This document shows, in pieces, positions 52,879 through 64,000 of a stretch of DNA of 64,000 nt. Source of the stretch: Cyanidioschyzon merolae (lineage: Eukaryota). The stretch lies in NCBI GenBank assembly GCA_000091205.1, contig AP006491.2. The stretch is one strand, 5' to 3'. Below the pieces are notes generated by a model that saw only the letters and a list, made by a program, of their open reading frames with translations, was not told the DNA's origin and searched no databases. Position 1 is the first letter of the stretch. Every line of letters starts with the position of its first letter. A program made the position numbers and the translations under genes.

Positions 52879-54675
52879 CTAGATGTTGATGTTGAACGAC
52901 ACACCAAGGTTCCCGGGCCCGACTCCGCTCGTGAACCCGTTCGGGCCCAGCAGACCCGCCTGCTCATCGGGTACCATGCTCAGCTGGACCTGCGTCCGGC
53001 CCTGCTGATGCAGCAGCGACATGTTCACATTCGTATCCGGAGGCCGGTACGCCAGCCCAATGTTCCAGTTGCCGAGCGCACCACCATACTGCTGCTGCTG
53101 AACCGCCTGCAGCTGCGCCTGCTGCAGCTGCATGTACTGCATTGCCTGACGCTGCTGCTCAGCCGCCTGGATCTGCACGTGAATAAGCTGCTTCCGCCGT
53201 GCAGAGATCTCCGCCATGGTCTGCTGCAGGTCGCTACGCTCATTCGCATAGGACCAGTCGGATCCGGGCCGCACGCTCTCCTCCGCCTCGCGCTGGAAAA
53301 GCGCATCCGCTGTGTAGAACGCAAAGTCGCCAGGAATCTCCTCAGATGAAGACGCAGTCTTAAAGTGCTGCAGCGCGTTCTCCCGAATTATCTGCAGCTG
53401 CTTCAGGAACAGCGACTGCAACGACGCATCGAGCACAGTCTCGAGCTCCGCCAGTTTCCGCTCGCGCACTTCAGTTCCCGCATACGCCTCCGTAGCCGAT
53501 TCAAAGCCACTCAGGTACTTTTGCAGAAGCTCCTCCGCCCGGCGTCCAAAACCACTGATCTTCTCGCCCTCGTCCAGTTGACTCGCAAGCTCCCCGAGCT
53601 CCTCGGCGCTGTTCCGAAGCGCCTCGGAGAAAGCGGCATCGCAGTGATACGCTGCTGCCAGTGCCTCTGGCGTGAGCGCTTCCCCAGCGGCTCCTTCATC
53701 CGCCGCCGCCGCCGCCGCCGCCGCCGTAGCGACACGCATGGCCAGCGGCTTCGCAGCACGCATCGCCCCAGCGGGCTGTGCACGAATGCCCTCCCAGAGG
53801 CGTCGACTGAAGGCACCGAATCCATCCGCAGGCAGACCCTTGCTGTATTGCGAGGACAGCAGGCCGCCATCGCCACTGCCACTGCCACTGCCGTCTAGGA
53901 GGTCCCGCCGCAGACGCTGCACAGCGGCGTCGTAGGCTGAACGCGACGTGCGCGGCGACGGCAGCAGAGCTACGCGCAGCTCGAGGGCAGCGCGCAGCGC
54001 CTCCACCGAGTGACTCGCTGCTGTCGGTGCTGATGCTGCTCCGTCGCCGATTTCGCGCTGCCAGTGCTCCTCGGCGTCCAGCCAGAGAGACTCCGCGATC
54101 AACGATGCAGTGCTCTCGGTGGTATCCGCGTCCGCGCCCGTATCCGCGTCTGCGTCGCGCACCACGAACACAACGCAGGTGCGCAGGAGAGGGCCCTCCG
54201 CGTGAGCCAACTCGCGCACGATCGTGCTCAAGTACCACTGTGGGTCTGCGTCGTAGCGTCCCAGGTCGTGGTACCAGACGTTGCACAGAACAACATCGGA
54301 CACACTGGACACGTAGCGGAGGCAGCGCTCCTGCAGCTGCTGCCCCGTCGCGCCTCCGTCCCCGCCGTCGATCTCCAGCACCAGAAGCGTCTCCTGGTTT
54401 GCTGCCAGTGCTGCAGAGACGCCGCGGGTCTTCCAGCGCCGACGCTCAGTCGCCCGCGCGTGCGACACCGCGAAACGCGTCCCGAAAATGTCATTCAAGA
54501 GACTCGACTTGCCTGATAGCGGGCTCCCGATGCACCCGACGACACGATAGCATTCAGCGCCGACATCGAGCTCGCTTGGGAACCAGGGCGTGCGCTCCAG
54601 CATCACGCCATGTTCATCAATGATCTGCAGCACGCCCGCTGGCGCACTGGCAGATTGCGCTGTTCCGTTGCTCAT
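52879..54675 (-). CDS. RHD3/Sey1-type dynamin-like GTPase. It is short at 598 aa, has no C-terminal TM segments, and has a Q-rich tail.
   Basis: N-terminal GTPase region VVGCIGSPLSGKSSLLNDIFGTRF with an RHD3 helical middle domain. Contains a poly-Ala run encoded by (CCG)8. Confidence 0.72.
   Translation of the reverse strand: MSNGTAQSASAPAGVLQIIDEHGVMLERTPWFPSELDVGAECYRVVGCIGSPLSGKSSLLNDIFGTRFAVSHARATERRRWKTRGVSAALAANQETLLVLEIDGGDGGATGQQLQERCLRYVSSVSDVVLCNVWYHDLGRYDADPQWYLSTIVRELAHAEGPLLRTCVVFVVRDADADTGADADTTESTASLIAESLWLDAEEHWQREIGDGAASAPTAASHSVEALRAALELRVALLPSPRTSRSAYDAAVQRLRRDLLDGSGSGSGDGGLLSSQYSKGLPADGFGAFSRRLWEGIRAQPAGAMRAAKPLAMRVATAAAAAAAADEGAAGEALTPEALAAAYHCDAAFSEALRNSAEELGELASQLDEGEKISGFGRRAEELLQKYLSGFESATEAYAGTEVRERKLAELETVLDASLQSLFLKQLQIIRENALQHFKTASSSEEIPGDFAFYTADALFQREAEESVRPGSDWSYANERSDLQQTMAEISARRKQLIHVQIQAAEQQRQAMQYMQLQQAQLQAVQQQQYGGALGNWNIGLAYRPPDTNVNMSLLHQQGRTQVQLSMVPDEQAGLLGPNGFTSGVGPGNLGVSFNINI
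53700..53723. repeat. (CCG)8 trinucleotide microsatellite inside the RHD3/Sey1-like CDS (encodes poly-Ala)
   Basis: Direct reading: ccgccgccgccgccgccgccgccg. Confidence 0.9.
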
Positions 54676-56370
54676 GGGCAGTGTTCAATGCTTCGCTGAA
54701 GGCACCTGGTGTCCCCACAGTTCAGCTCTGTACCGTATGAGGCTTTGTAAAGACTTGACTCCGATCCACTGTGAAGTGTATTCGGTTGGGTTCCGGGCGC
54801 AGCACTGCGTGGGACGCCGTCCGCGTTTCCAGCTGTGTACGCGTTTCTAGCCACAAGAGCGCTGCTCGCCACGGTAGTGACTCCGGTTAGGCGCGAGGTG
54901 ACAGCACGTGCGCACGTTTGGTGTTATTTGGGCAGAGTTCCCGTCAGCAGGCTGCTGTGCCTTTAGGGCTGGGCCTTCTGGCTGCGCTGCAAACCCAACA
55001 GGAAGCTGAACTGCCGCAGTGCGCTCGAGTACGCCTAGGTCGTTGCGGTGCGCGCCGGCGTGTGCTGCTCGCGCTCAGGGTAGTTGCCGTAGACCGCGCT
55101 GGAAACCAACTAGGCACGCGCCTCGTCGTCCTTCTACTCGCAGGGGCCTCCTACCGCACTGCGCTTCTCGCTCGCGCTGCAGACTCGGGTAGGGTTCCGC
55201 GGCGCCGTGCTCAGAATTCGCACAGGCTATGAAACCTTGGTGCCTGAGAGCACGAACCTGTCTCCAGATGCGGTCGGGGCTCACCGGCTCAACGCGCTGG
55301 TGCTTTCCTCTCTTGTGGGTGCGCGCACGCGTAACTGGTCAATAGTGCTCGCAAGGCGTGTTGGTATGCAGCCCCTTCAAACTCCCCGTTTCACCGGGCA
55401 GAGACTCGGACTCGCTCACGCGTTTATGATCTGCGTACCACGGGCAAAGCGTCGAGTTGCACGCGCACCTAGCGCTCGAAGCTATCTATAAGAAAAGAAT
55501 GTTCACGACACAGCGCGACGCTAACGGCGACGTCCTGCAGCCTGGAGTCGTCTGCGCGCAGCCAGCGGTCATTTGGCGACGGCGGGGCGGGCGACGCGGC
55601 GGCTGCGCGCTGGTGCAGCGCCCTGCTGGTGTCCGTATTGTCGCAGAGCGCAATCGCCGCACCAGCGCAAGGCGCGCGCATCCCAGCGGCAGTGCACGCC
55701 ATCACTCAGGCAGGCAACCTGGCGCATCGTGCAGCGCACCCAGCGGCAGCGCACGTCTGTTGCCCATCCAGCTCGCTGAGCCTGTGAACGGCCAGGCCGC
55801 ATGCCGGACGCTTCGGGCGCGCGCCTCTCGCGATTCGCACGAGCGTTCCGTTTCGACGCGAGACGTCGACACTCGCGTCAGCACACGGTGAATTCCGCGT
55901 ACTGGACAGCATAAGGAGACGCTCGCTCTCGCTTGCTGGAGCCGTGTGCAGCGCACAAGTTGCGCAGCAGAAGAGCTGTCTTGTACAGACCGAGACAATA
56001 TCCGATACGTCGAGCAAGCCACAGAGCTGCCGGAAATACACAACGAGGAAGCAGTGTCGCGAGCTGTTATAGCGCTACACCTGACACGTCGAGCCTCGGG
56101 GGTGCTACGACCTGCACGAGGGCAACGACGGCGCACGGCATAACAAGCACGGGTAGACGGGTGCTGGGCACGTTCGGCTTGCTGCGACGCTGGTAGGAAC
56201 CGAACGGGGTGCTCGTACTCGCACCGCTCGCCACTCAGGGTCGCGATCGACACGAGAAGCGCCCACAGGGGAAACGATGGCACCACGAGCGCTGGACGCA
56301 TCGTCGGTGATCTCGGAACCGCTGACACTGCCGCTGACGGGCCGCGCCGCACGAGACCGGGACGCACTCT

Positions 56371-57531
56371 TTGGAGCAAGCGCGGGCACTGCGCCTAACC
56401 CTGCGCCTGTGTCGAGGCGCAAGCAGCCAGTCGCTGGTGCGGAGAAGCGCCCCGCGGCCCGGCCGACCGTTGAACGGAGCCGCTGATGCGGCCGTTCGCG
56501 GGCTGGAAGTCGCAGGGGAAGCGGCTCCACCTTCCACATTCGCAGCAAGCACCAGTGCGCCGGACGCCGAGCTGTTGCAGAGCCGCCAAACTCAGGTTGA
56601 GCAGCTGCGGCGCCAGGCTACGGACGCTGCGCTGCGGGGGCGTCAGTCATCGCGCCGGGCGCTGCAGCTTGCACGAGAGGCGCGAGCGATAGGCGTCGAC
56701 GTTACCATGAGGCTGGGCGAGCAGGACGAACAGCTGGATCGCGTGCAAAACGATCTGGACGAGATTCACGGCCACCTGACGCACAGCGACGAAATCATTC
56801 ACGACATGCAGAGTTTCTGGAAGAAGATGTGGCCTTGGGCGCGCGATCGGAATCGGCGGCACGAGCGCTACGCCCCGGTGCTGGGGGCAGACGGGCCCTC
56901 GACGTCAGCGACGCGGCACGAGATTGCATGCCTGCAGCGCCAGCGCGAGGCGGGGACACTGAACCTGCGGGAACGGCCGCCAGCTGCTTGCTCGTCTGAG
57001 CGTTCGGCGGATGAAGCGCGAGCAGCTGACGATGCGCAGGTCGGGTCATCGCCAGGGTCGGTACCGGCGCACGCGCTTCTACAGGACGCGGTGGATGGCG
57101 AGGCGGCGTCGCTCGATGGCGACAGCGAGCGTCGGCGGGGTCTGCTCTCGTCGCTGCGGCGCGTAACGCGGCGGGTACGCGGCGTCGACGAGCCCGAGGA
57201 CCGTGTGCGGCGCGAGCGGGCTGCGCTGCTCGCAGAGGGTACCGCTCCGACGGCTGCTGCTGGTGCTGCGGCAGCGTCGCCTGCGGACGCAACCGAATGC
57301 GCGGATGCGTCTGCGCAGGCCTCGGCGGCGCCGTGGGAAGAGCACGTTCAGGCACAGGATCGGGACCTCGACGAGCTGAGCGTTGTGGTGTCGGACCTGC
57401 GGACGCTTGCAGTTGGCATCGGAGAGCAGGTGCGCCACCAGAGCACCAAGATCGACGTGATTTCGAAGGACGTGGACTATGGGCGCGAGCGCATCCACGA
57501 GAATAACCGTCGCATTCGACGCATGCTCTAG
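56371..57531 (+). CDS. SNAP25-family Qbc-SNARE (two SNARE motifs; SNAP33-like), 386 aa
   Basis: Qb motif ...RRALQLAREARAIGVDVTMRLGEQDEQLDRVQNDLDEIHGHL... and a C-terminal Qc motif ...IGEQVRHQSTKIDVISKDVDYGRERIHENNRRIRRML, with a long low-complexity linker. Confidence 0.65.
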   Translation: MEQARALRLTLRLCRGASSQSLVRRSAPRPGRPLNGAADAAVRGLEVAGEAAPPSTFAASTSAPDAELLQSRQTQVEQLRRQATDAALRGRQSSRRALQLAREARAIGVDVTMRLGEQDEQLDRVQNDLDEIHGHLTHSDEIIHDMQSFWKKMWPWARDRNRRHERYAPVLGADGPSTSATRHEIACLQRQREAGTLNLRERPPAACSSERSADEARAADDAQVGSSPGSVPAHALLQDAVDGEAASLDGDSERRRGLLSSLRRVTRRVRGVDEPEDRVRRERAALLAEGTAPTAAAGAAAASPADATECADASAQASAAPWEEHVQAQDRDLDELSVVVSDLRTLAVGIGEQVRHQSTKIDVISKDVDYGRERIHENNRRIRRML

Positions 57532-60500
57532 AGCTACGGATGTGGCGGCAGCGAATGCCGCCGCCACTGCCGCCGCCGCCGCCTGGACGCACGCACGCAC
57601 GCAGGTGTCTGTTCGTGTGCGCGGTGCGTGCGATCGAGGCCTGTATGTGAGGCCGGCGAGCGCTGCTGTTGTGTTTGACGGGAAGCGCGAAGCGCTGCAT
57701 GCGCGCAGCGCCTCATCGATCTCATCGAACGATGGACAGGCGCGCTTGCGCACTGTACGCCAATGCGGGAGATGGAGGATGAGCGGTGAGGCCAGGAGCG
57801 CCTCGGTGTCTTCGGGGTGCGTCTGGGGTGCAGAGCTGCGAGGCAAGCGGCTGGCGCGTCCAACGCGAGATCGTTGTGTGTCAGTGTCGGGCGTTTCGTG
57901 GCGTGACTTGGCGGTGCTTCAGGGAGTTATCCACGTGCGAGGTATCCGTTGTCGATCGGCGGAGGACGCTGGTTCTGGTTCGCGCTTCTCTCTGTGCGTC
58001 ACTGAGACAGGGGGCGGTACTGCATGGCATCGATATTTAATACCTGGATTGGCTGAATCACTTGAAATGAACTTCTGACCTGGCATTAGTCTGTGCGCCT
58101 CCAGTCCTGTTTGATAGACCATGATTGAATTGGATCCGATGTGAATGGGCAGAAGTGACTGACTCTATGAAGTTAATGATAAGACCTCACCCGCTGATCG
58201 AAGTTTTCGGTCAGTGAACACAGTATCTGTTCTAGCGGGGGGTCTTATGGGTTGAAATATACTCTGAGGAGTGAATTCCGGACCGAATGTAGCAGCACGT
58301 CCTCTTTGATTTTTATGTGTCTCTTTCGCAGGTATCCGACATAAGGAAAGTGTCACGCGGGCTGGAGAAAGGTCGCGGGACGTTTTATGCTGTTACTGCT
58401 AGTTTGCGAGAAAACATTCTTACTTGTCTATATCAGTTATTCAACGCTGAGTAGCTGGATAATCCACTCTTCTCGTCGTCCCTGTTCCGAACGTCGTGCA
58501 CCCAAAACGGTGCTTGACAGACGCGATCTACTCGACCCTATCATCGTCGATCCATTCTACGCCGTAACTTCTCTACGAAATGCGACTAGACAAGCCACAG
58601 GATGGCACGTTGCTGTACGGTCCGTGCGAACAGTAATGAAGTGCCACGGATGGATGAAGAACGAAGCGCGACTCTAGAGGAGAACACTGCGCGTTGAACA
58701 GCACGCCAGCGATTTAGCACGGAAACGCGAACGCGTATGCCGGGATTGACCGATGTTTGTCTCGGTCACCCTCGATGGGAGATTATGATGGGGGTCTATG
58801 TGGTATTCCTCCATATGCGTAATGCAAGACAGGGGCTAACCAGTATCCGTCAAGAAGAGACAAACAGCGTGCATGACAACGACACAAGTCCTACTGGCTT
58901 TGCTATCATCGTGTGGTCACTTCCATATCGCCAAACGGACTAGTCCGTTCAACACCTCGTGCACCATCGAAACAGTGTTTGGCTTCACCGCCTCACGCAT
59001 GCTTTTGTCCTGCTCTTTGACAACGTCGGTTTTCATCGCTCATGAGCGTTCAGGGCGCACACCGCTGGGGCTGCTGTTCAGCTGCGCTTCATACCAGCAT
59101 CGATATCCGGGTTCAAGGCAGTCGAAGGCGTCATCTGTGTTGCGGAGCGTCTTTTGCGGACTGGTGGATCAATAGACGAGTCGTTCGGATCTGTGGCCCC
59201 GTTCTTCGACGAATCTTTCTGTACGAGCCTCACCAGCGCTGAACAGCTCTGCTGCTCGTATGCTGTTGCGCAGCAGGGGGCGGAAAGGCGCGCGTCGGTC
59301 CGCGAGCACACTCGCGACAACGAAGGCGACCACGAGGTGCATAAGGAGAAATAGACGCACACGTCGATAGGAAGTGTGGGCTTCAATTCCGCCGCCCACC
59401 GTGTGCGTATGGACTCTCAGGGAAAAAACGTAGACGAACTGCCGCGAACGCCTGTTTGTTGTCGCACCAAGTTTCGGCGAAGGACAGGATACCAGGGACA
59501 CGGAGGTGAACGGTCCTCCAGAAGAGACGGCGAGCAGGTACCGGAAACAGACACCTCTGGAGCGGAAAGTCGAGTCTGAGCCGAACACCACGGCCGCAGT
59601 ACCGAACACACATCGTTTGGGAGGATCTCCCAGACAGTGCGGTGCAGGGTGCCTTGGCTAGTCGCGTGGCGTCTTTCTAGGATACGGTAGGCCTAGTGTC
59701 TCTCGCTTTGACGCCCCTCGTCAAGCAGTAGTTTGTTGGAGTTCCGGATGCGAGGCTGAGCTGCCAGCGATGCACATTCTGCGGGAATACTTGAATCCAA
59801 CCTTCGTGCGACGACACAGCTGGTACTCGGGACACAAGATGCACTGGGGCCTGATCGTGGAATCCGAGGACACCACAAACGCTTCCCAGCAAATACCCTG
59901 AGGTGTCGCTGCGCCAGTTCGGCGCTCGTGATATCGTCAGCGCAGGAGCAGAAACGTATGAGAAAATTACCGTCTAACGAACCGGAATCGTATGCGAGTC
60001 CGAGTCGAGCGCTGCATGAGGCGCATACTGTGTCCGTTGGGCCCGCTGTAGCTTCGCTTTACGAGTGGCGAAAATTGGGGACGGACACGAGCGGTATTTG
60101 GAGTGCGGCTGGAGACTGCGGACGAGCTGGCGGTGGCGGAAGAAGCCGAAGCTGTAGCGAGTGCGGAAGCGATCTCGCAAGGAGCGCGAGACTCGCTTCA
60201 GAGTGTCGGAGCATATCGAGTTAGTCTTGGCCTCGAGGTTACGGAAGTCGTACCTGGGGGCTGGTTGGAACGTGATGTCTGTCTGCGTTTCATCGTGGGG
60301 TAGAAGGTTTTCCGGAACAAAGCCCTGCAGAGCAAAGCCGACTACCTCATCGAGTGCGAGCGCCCTAGCCGCCTCAAGCATCTATCTGGTGTGATCCGCG
60401 TATCTCAGATCAAGGCGCATGACCGCACCGTAGACGCCCGTAGAGTGTATGACGGCAGGGATGAGCGACCACTGGTCTCTGAAGGCTGTGACGACACATG

Positions 60501-61020
60501 GAAACAGCTTTGCGAAGAGCGTCGGCCGATGTTGTCCAAAGCTTGTGGTTTGCAGGCAGGGCACGGGAAGCAGTTTACGGGGATGATGAAGTCCGACGGA
60601 ACATCAATCTGGGTGCGCTTTGTGAAACCTATAAAACTCTTGAAATTGTTGAAACCCGCGAAACCTAGATCTGTGCCGAGCAGCGATAATAATTCCGAGC
60701 CGTTCGAGGCGGATGAAGAGGACGACTCTGTAGCGGGCTTCGATTCTAGGTCGAGGTCGCTCGTAGTCGTTGCGGTATCTCCGAAAAGGAAGCAGACAGC
60801 GCCCAGATTCTGAACGGAAAACGAGTGACGCCGCTTAGTTTTTCCAGAGCTCATAATTCACGGGAGTCAGGTTCCATGGACAAGAGGAGTCATCCCCACA
60901 AATTGAATGACGGCATCAGGACCCGTTTTTGCGTGCCGAGCACCGTGCCGTGCAGAGGCGAATGCTCCGCACGCGGTTTTCAGAGCGTCCATGTGCGTGC
61001 GGACGACACTCAGCAAGCGA

Positions 61021-61119
61021 GCATGAGCATAATCATAAATATAAATAAGCTTGAGCACGAGCACGAGCACGAGCAAAAGCATGAGCATAATCATAAATAT
61101 AAATAAGCTTGAGCACGAG
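61021..61119. repeat. tandem duplication of a 41-nt unit with a 17-nt spacer (period 58): GCATGAGCATAATCATAAATATAAATAAGCTTGAGCACGAG
   Basis: Units at 61021-61061 and 61079-61119 are identical. Confidence 0.85.
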
Positions 61120-62324
61120 CTTGAGCTTGCACTGAGGCCGCCAACGATTTCGGTTGAACGGAGGCAAGCAGCGTGCACTCTCCTACTCTTTCACTGACTT
61201 GGCAACGTAACTGACCGATACTTCGCGTCGCGTGGTATGGTGGAGGTCGTGTATTGCGCGGCATGTTCTGTAGCACGCAATGGTTGCCCGCCTGCTCGCT
61301 CGATGGAGGCGCGCAACAAGTGGAGGCACCGATTCTGCTCGATTCTCGTTGATGCGCTCGGGACGGCATGTGTGCACGACGAGCACGAGTACACGCTGGA
61401 AAATATAGAGAGGAAGAGTGTGGAACGTTGATGGGCGCACGAGGTCTTGTGCGGGAAGTTTATCGAACGTCAGATGCCGAGCCAATCGCAGGCGTGATGC
61501 TCGCTATGATGCATCTCCATAAGCAAGGAGGCACGCGAGCACCCTCTGCACCACCGAGACGTCAACGCCTCGAAACAAGTCTGGAAATGTCTCGCGCTTG
61601 GGGACCATCCAACGACTGTGTGCTCGATGGAGCCTCCTGAGGGAGTCACTCTGCGCGCAGTGCGAGATTTGTGGTGAAACGCTGAGGAGCTCTGATGAAC
61701 AAGTCCGTGACCTGGAGAAAGGAGTTTTTTGATTCTCGCCTGGAGCAGAGCAGTGGTATTGAACTGTGCAGGAATGCAGAGAGCTCGGTATACCGCATAT
61801 TCAAGACCGCAACGGGTCTCCTGGGCAATTGTTGAAAGATAATGGTGGTCTGTTTGTCGATATCACAGAGTGTAATGTGAAGGATTCGAGAATCATGAAG
61901 GGTTTCCAAACATTTGGTCTGCATGGTGAGGTAAATTTAGCAGTATAGCTAAAGATCCAGAGGACTCCGCCACGAAAAACCGTCAGGACAGGATAACACC
62001 CCTCGCCGCTTGGGTCGTGGTTTTCTCCACACTTGATAAAAACGTTTGACGTTCTGTATCCTACATGGATCCGACGGGGGATTTCTTCGGAGTCTGTCCA
62101 CCACGGAAGGAGAATAGAAAAATAGAGCCCTCGAACGAAGAACGCATTCGGATGATCATCTCAATCAGTGGAATCAAGTCACAGAGGCAACGGATACAGA
62201 TCGGGCTTCCTCGGCAATCATGTTGCAGTCGCTGCGTACGGAATGCAATGCGCGTTGCAGCGCAGAACTGTTGCTGACGCGCATGGCACGTAGGAAGGAC
62301 CTCTGCGAGAAGCAATGCAAGGCT

Positions 62325-63293
62325 TCATGCCAATTCTTCTTTATCGCGAATCCAGCCCAACGAAGAAAGCAAACCAACGCTCGTAAATAGTCCTTTCCTC
62401 GAAGCACGTCCTCGACGCCCAACCCGCGGCAACACTCTTGTGATCATGTACACCGTGTACCCGACGTAGACTGCTAGACCTGCATAGGCTATAGCGCCGA
62501 AAGAATCCCGCGTTAGCGCTCCTTGGAGTAGCATTCCAACATGAACATTATAAAAGTCAAAGGGTGGTTCAAGCCAGGCTGCACATTGCGGGTCGCTCAG
62601 TAGTTCATTCGGCGCGATGGTAAGGCATCGCAATGTGCTTAGTTGCGTGACAGCACCCGCGAGCGCTAAAATTGTTGCCAAGGGCCTCCATAACAAAAAG
62701 AGGCGCTCTAAAGAGCGTCCCTGGGTTGCGGAGACTCTAATTTCTTCTTCGAGATCACGCCACCAAAATAATGAGATTGGGATCATTACTTGCGCGACAA
62801 GCGCCGTCAAAAAGCCTATTGGCTGTTGCGCGATGTTAAAGAAAACAGTCAGCATGAGCATAGAGCTCGCTTGCCAGTAGCCAACCATAAGTCGACGGAG
62901 CGCTTCATGCGCGTCATCTTGCGTGAAGCTGCCGAAAAAGATCCCCAGAGGCGCCACAACGAAAAGCGGCACGGCTAGCTCGAAGTCCAGCCATACGAGA
63001 GTGCGCAACGCCGCTGGAGTGGCCTCGTTCAGCACAGTCGCAATCACAGGAGCACCTAAGAGAGTTGCTCGCAGAGCACGCCCATTACGTGGGCCTATGC
63101 GTTTCCGCCTGGAATCCGCAGGAGTGTAACGCCAAGCTACAGATCTTCTCACCGGTGACGTGCGTGAGTTACACAAGCAAAGCTTTTGCTGTTTGTGTGC
63201 GCCGTCTGCAAAGCTAAGCTCCTTTCCCTCAAAAGCTTTCTGATAAGTTGCTGCACTAACGAAGAACACTCTTTGAATGAGGCTGTTTGACAT
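62325..63293 (-). CDS. conserved multi-pass membrane protein of unknown function (322 aa)
   Basis: At least five hydrophobic helices (VWLDFELAVPLFVVAPLGIFFG, MLMLTVFFNIAQ, LVAQVMIPISLFWW, LATILALAGAV, AYAGLAVYVGYTVYMI). Clean ORF. Confidence 0.45.
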   Translation of the reverse strand: MSNSLIQRVFFVSAATYQKAFEGKELSFADGAHKQQKLCLCNSRTSPVRRSVAWRYTPADSRRKRIGPRNGRALRATLLGAPVIATVLNEATPAALRTLVWLDFELAVPLFVVAPLGIFFGSFTQDDAHEALRRLMVGYWQASSMLMLTVFFNIAQQPIGFLTALVAQVMIPISLFWWRDLEEEIRVSATQGRSLERLFLLWRPLATILALAGAVTQLSTLRCLTIAPNELLSDPQCAAWLEPPFDFYNVHVGMLLQGALTRDSFGAIAYAGLAVYVGYTVYMITRVLPRVGRRGRASRKGLFTSVGLLSSLGWIRDKEELA

Positions 63294-64000
63294 ATACAGC
63301 AGAGCAATCTGAGCTTTCTGTCGCGCAACACAGACAACGTCCTCTCTTTTCTGAAACTATTGCACTACATCAAACACATTGATCACTTGCTGATCCAAAG
63401 GGCCGGTACGGCGCCGTGCCTGCGGCCGTGAAACGCCATCCGCAGGCTGCGTACGCGCAATGTACCGAGTGCAATAGCAGTATGCCGATCCCGTCAGAGA
63501 AGAGGCTTTGCTCGTGATGCATATCGGTCGGGATTCTAGGTGAGTCGCTTCTCGGAAATCGATATGTTCGGAAGACTGGAGTGAGGACTTCCCGAGTGTA
63601 GGCGATCTTCATCGATGGCATGATGGCAACGCGACACGTGCCGATGCAGCGCCCGTATTCATGCCTGCGATACAAGACGGAGGCAGCAGCATGGATTGTA
63701 ATCACAGAGGCACGTGCTGCGTGTAGTTGGAGCTGTGTGAGATGGTTGGCTCAACCCCGGCCGTGAAGCTGCTCCATTTGGATCCCTTCGTTAGAATCTG
63801 CGGGATTAGAAAGATTCTTCATCGCAGTAACGTAAAATAGAGATCGGGAATCGCTGTGTAGCGGATTTTGCAACAACTCGCTTGCTGATTGTACACATAC
63901 TCATCGAGTTCAGATGTATACCTGCGCGGAGAAACGATGCATCCTGGAGTGCTATCGGCGTGCTCACCGCTGGAACCAGGCGCTCTCCGGGCCTGCGCTC

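Noticed and set aside
53000-58100. Very long overlapping ORFs in all six frames (e.g. 53696..54286, 54027..54623, 56795..57700, 57079..57846, 55702..56379)
   Set aside because: The region is extremely GC-rich, so stop codons are rare. These ORFs are mirror or shifted frames of the RHD3-like and SNARE genes or of GC-rich intergenic DNA. Their translations are Arg/Ala/Pro homopolymer-like.
1-64000. Prokaryotic-style interpretation (operons, defence islands, CRISPR arrays, Shine-Dalgarno-led gene clusters)
   Set aside because: The gene content is unmistakably eukaryotic: 26S proteasome RPT1, Derlin, SNAP25-type SNARE, CTLH RING subunit, RHD3/Sey1. The genes are monocistronic on alternating strands. 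No direct-repeat/spacer arrays were seen.

Overview
This window reads as nuclear DNA from a compact, GC-rich (about 55-60%), intron-poor unicellular eukaryote, not a prokaryote. There are no CRISPR arrays, operons or prokaryotic defence cassettes. About 18-20 uninterrupted genes sit on both strands. Confident calls are proteasome RPT1, a YME1-like FtsH protease, P5C reductase, Derlin, a plant-type phosphofructokinase, adenylate kinase 6, a bacterial-type MutL, an RHD3/Sey1 GTPase and a SNAP25-type SNARE. Lower-confidence calls are a METTL21-like methyltransferase, a MAEA/RMD5 RING subunit, a GT90/CAP10 glycosyltransferase, a DUF1499 protein and a GIP1-N-like protein with a prion-like tail. The gene set hints at Archaeplastida (possibly a red-alga-like lineage), but taxon cannot be fixed from sequence alone. 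The most striking content is non-genic: two unrelated dispersed repeat families account for roughly a quarter of the window. Family B is about 2.6 kb. It has three near-identical copies (B1 9731-12370, B2 15935-18491, B3 23260-24808) plus three older diverged fragments. Each young copy carries a frameshifted relic of a TnpB/Fanzor (OMEGA) RuvC nuclease near one end. The relic shows RuvC-I-like GVDFICGL, RuvC-II-like VFVEWND and a textbook RuvC-III DLNAATNI, with no zinc finger. A subterminal hairpin close to the element end is kept through covariation between young and old copies. Family A is about 2.4 kb, has no recognisable coding and occurs as two near-identical inverted arms plus one mosaic partial copy. 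Both families form the same unusual structure twice. Inverted arms of about 2.5 kb bracket about 3.6-3.7 kb of single-copy housekeeping genes: B1/B2 around FtsH and A2/A3 around AK6 plus MAEA. These look like composite-transposon-like or fold-back units. Other points are a head-to-head pair of novel paralogous small membrane proteins and very short bidirectional promoters. Many long overlapping six-frame ORFs in GC-rich stretches are artefacts.
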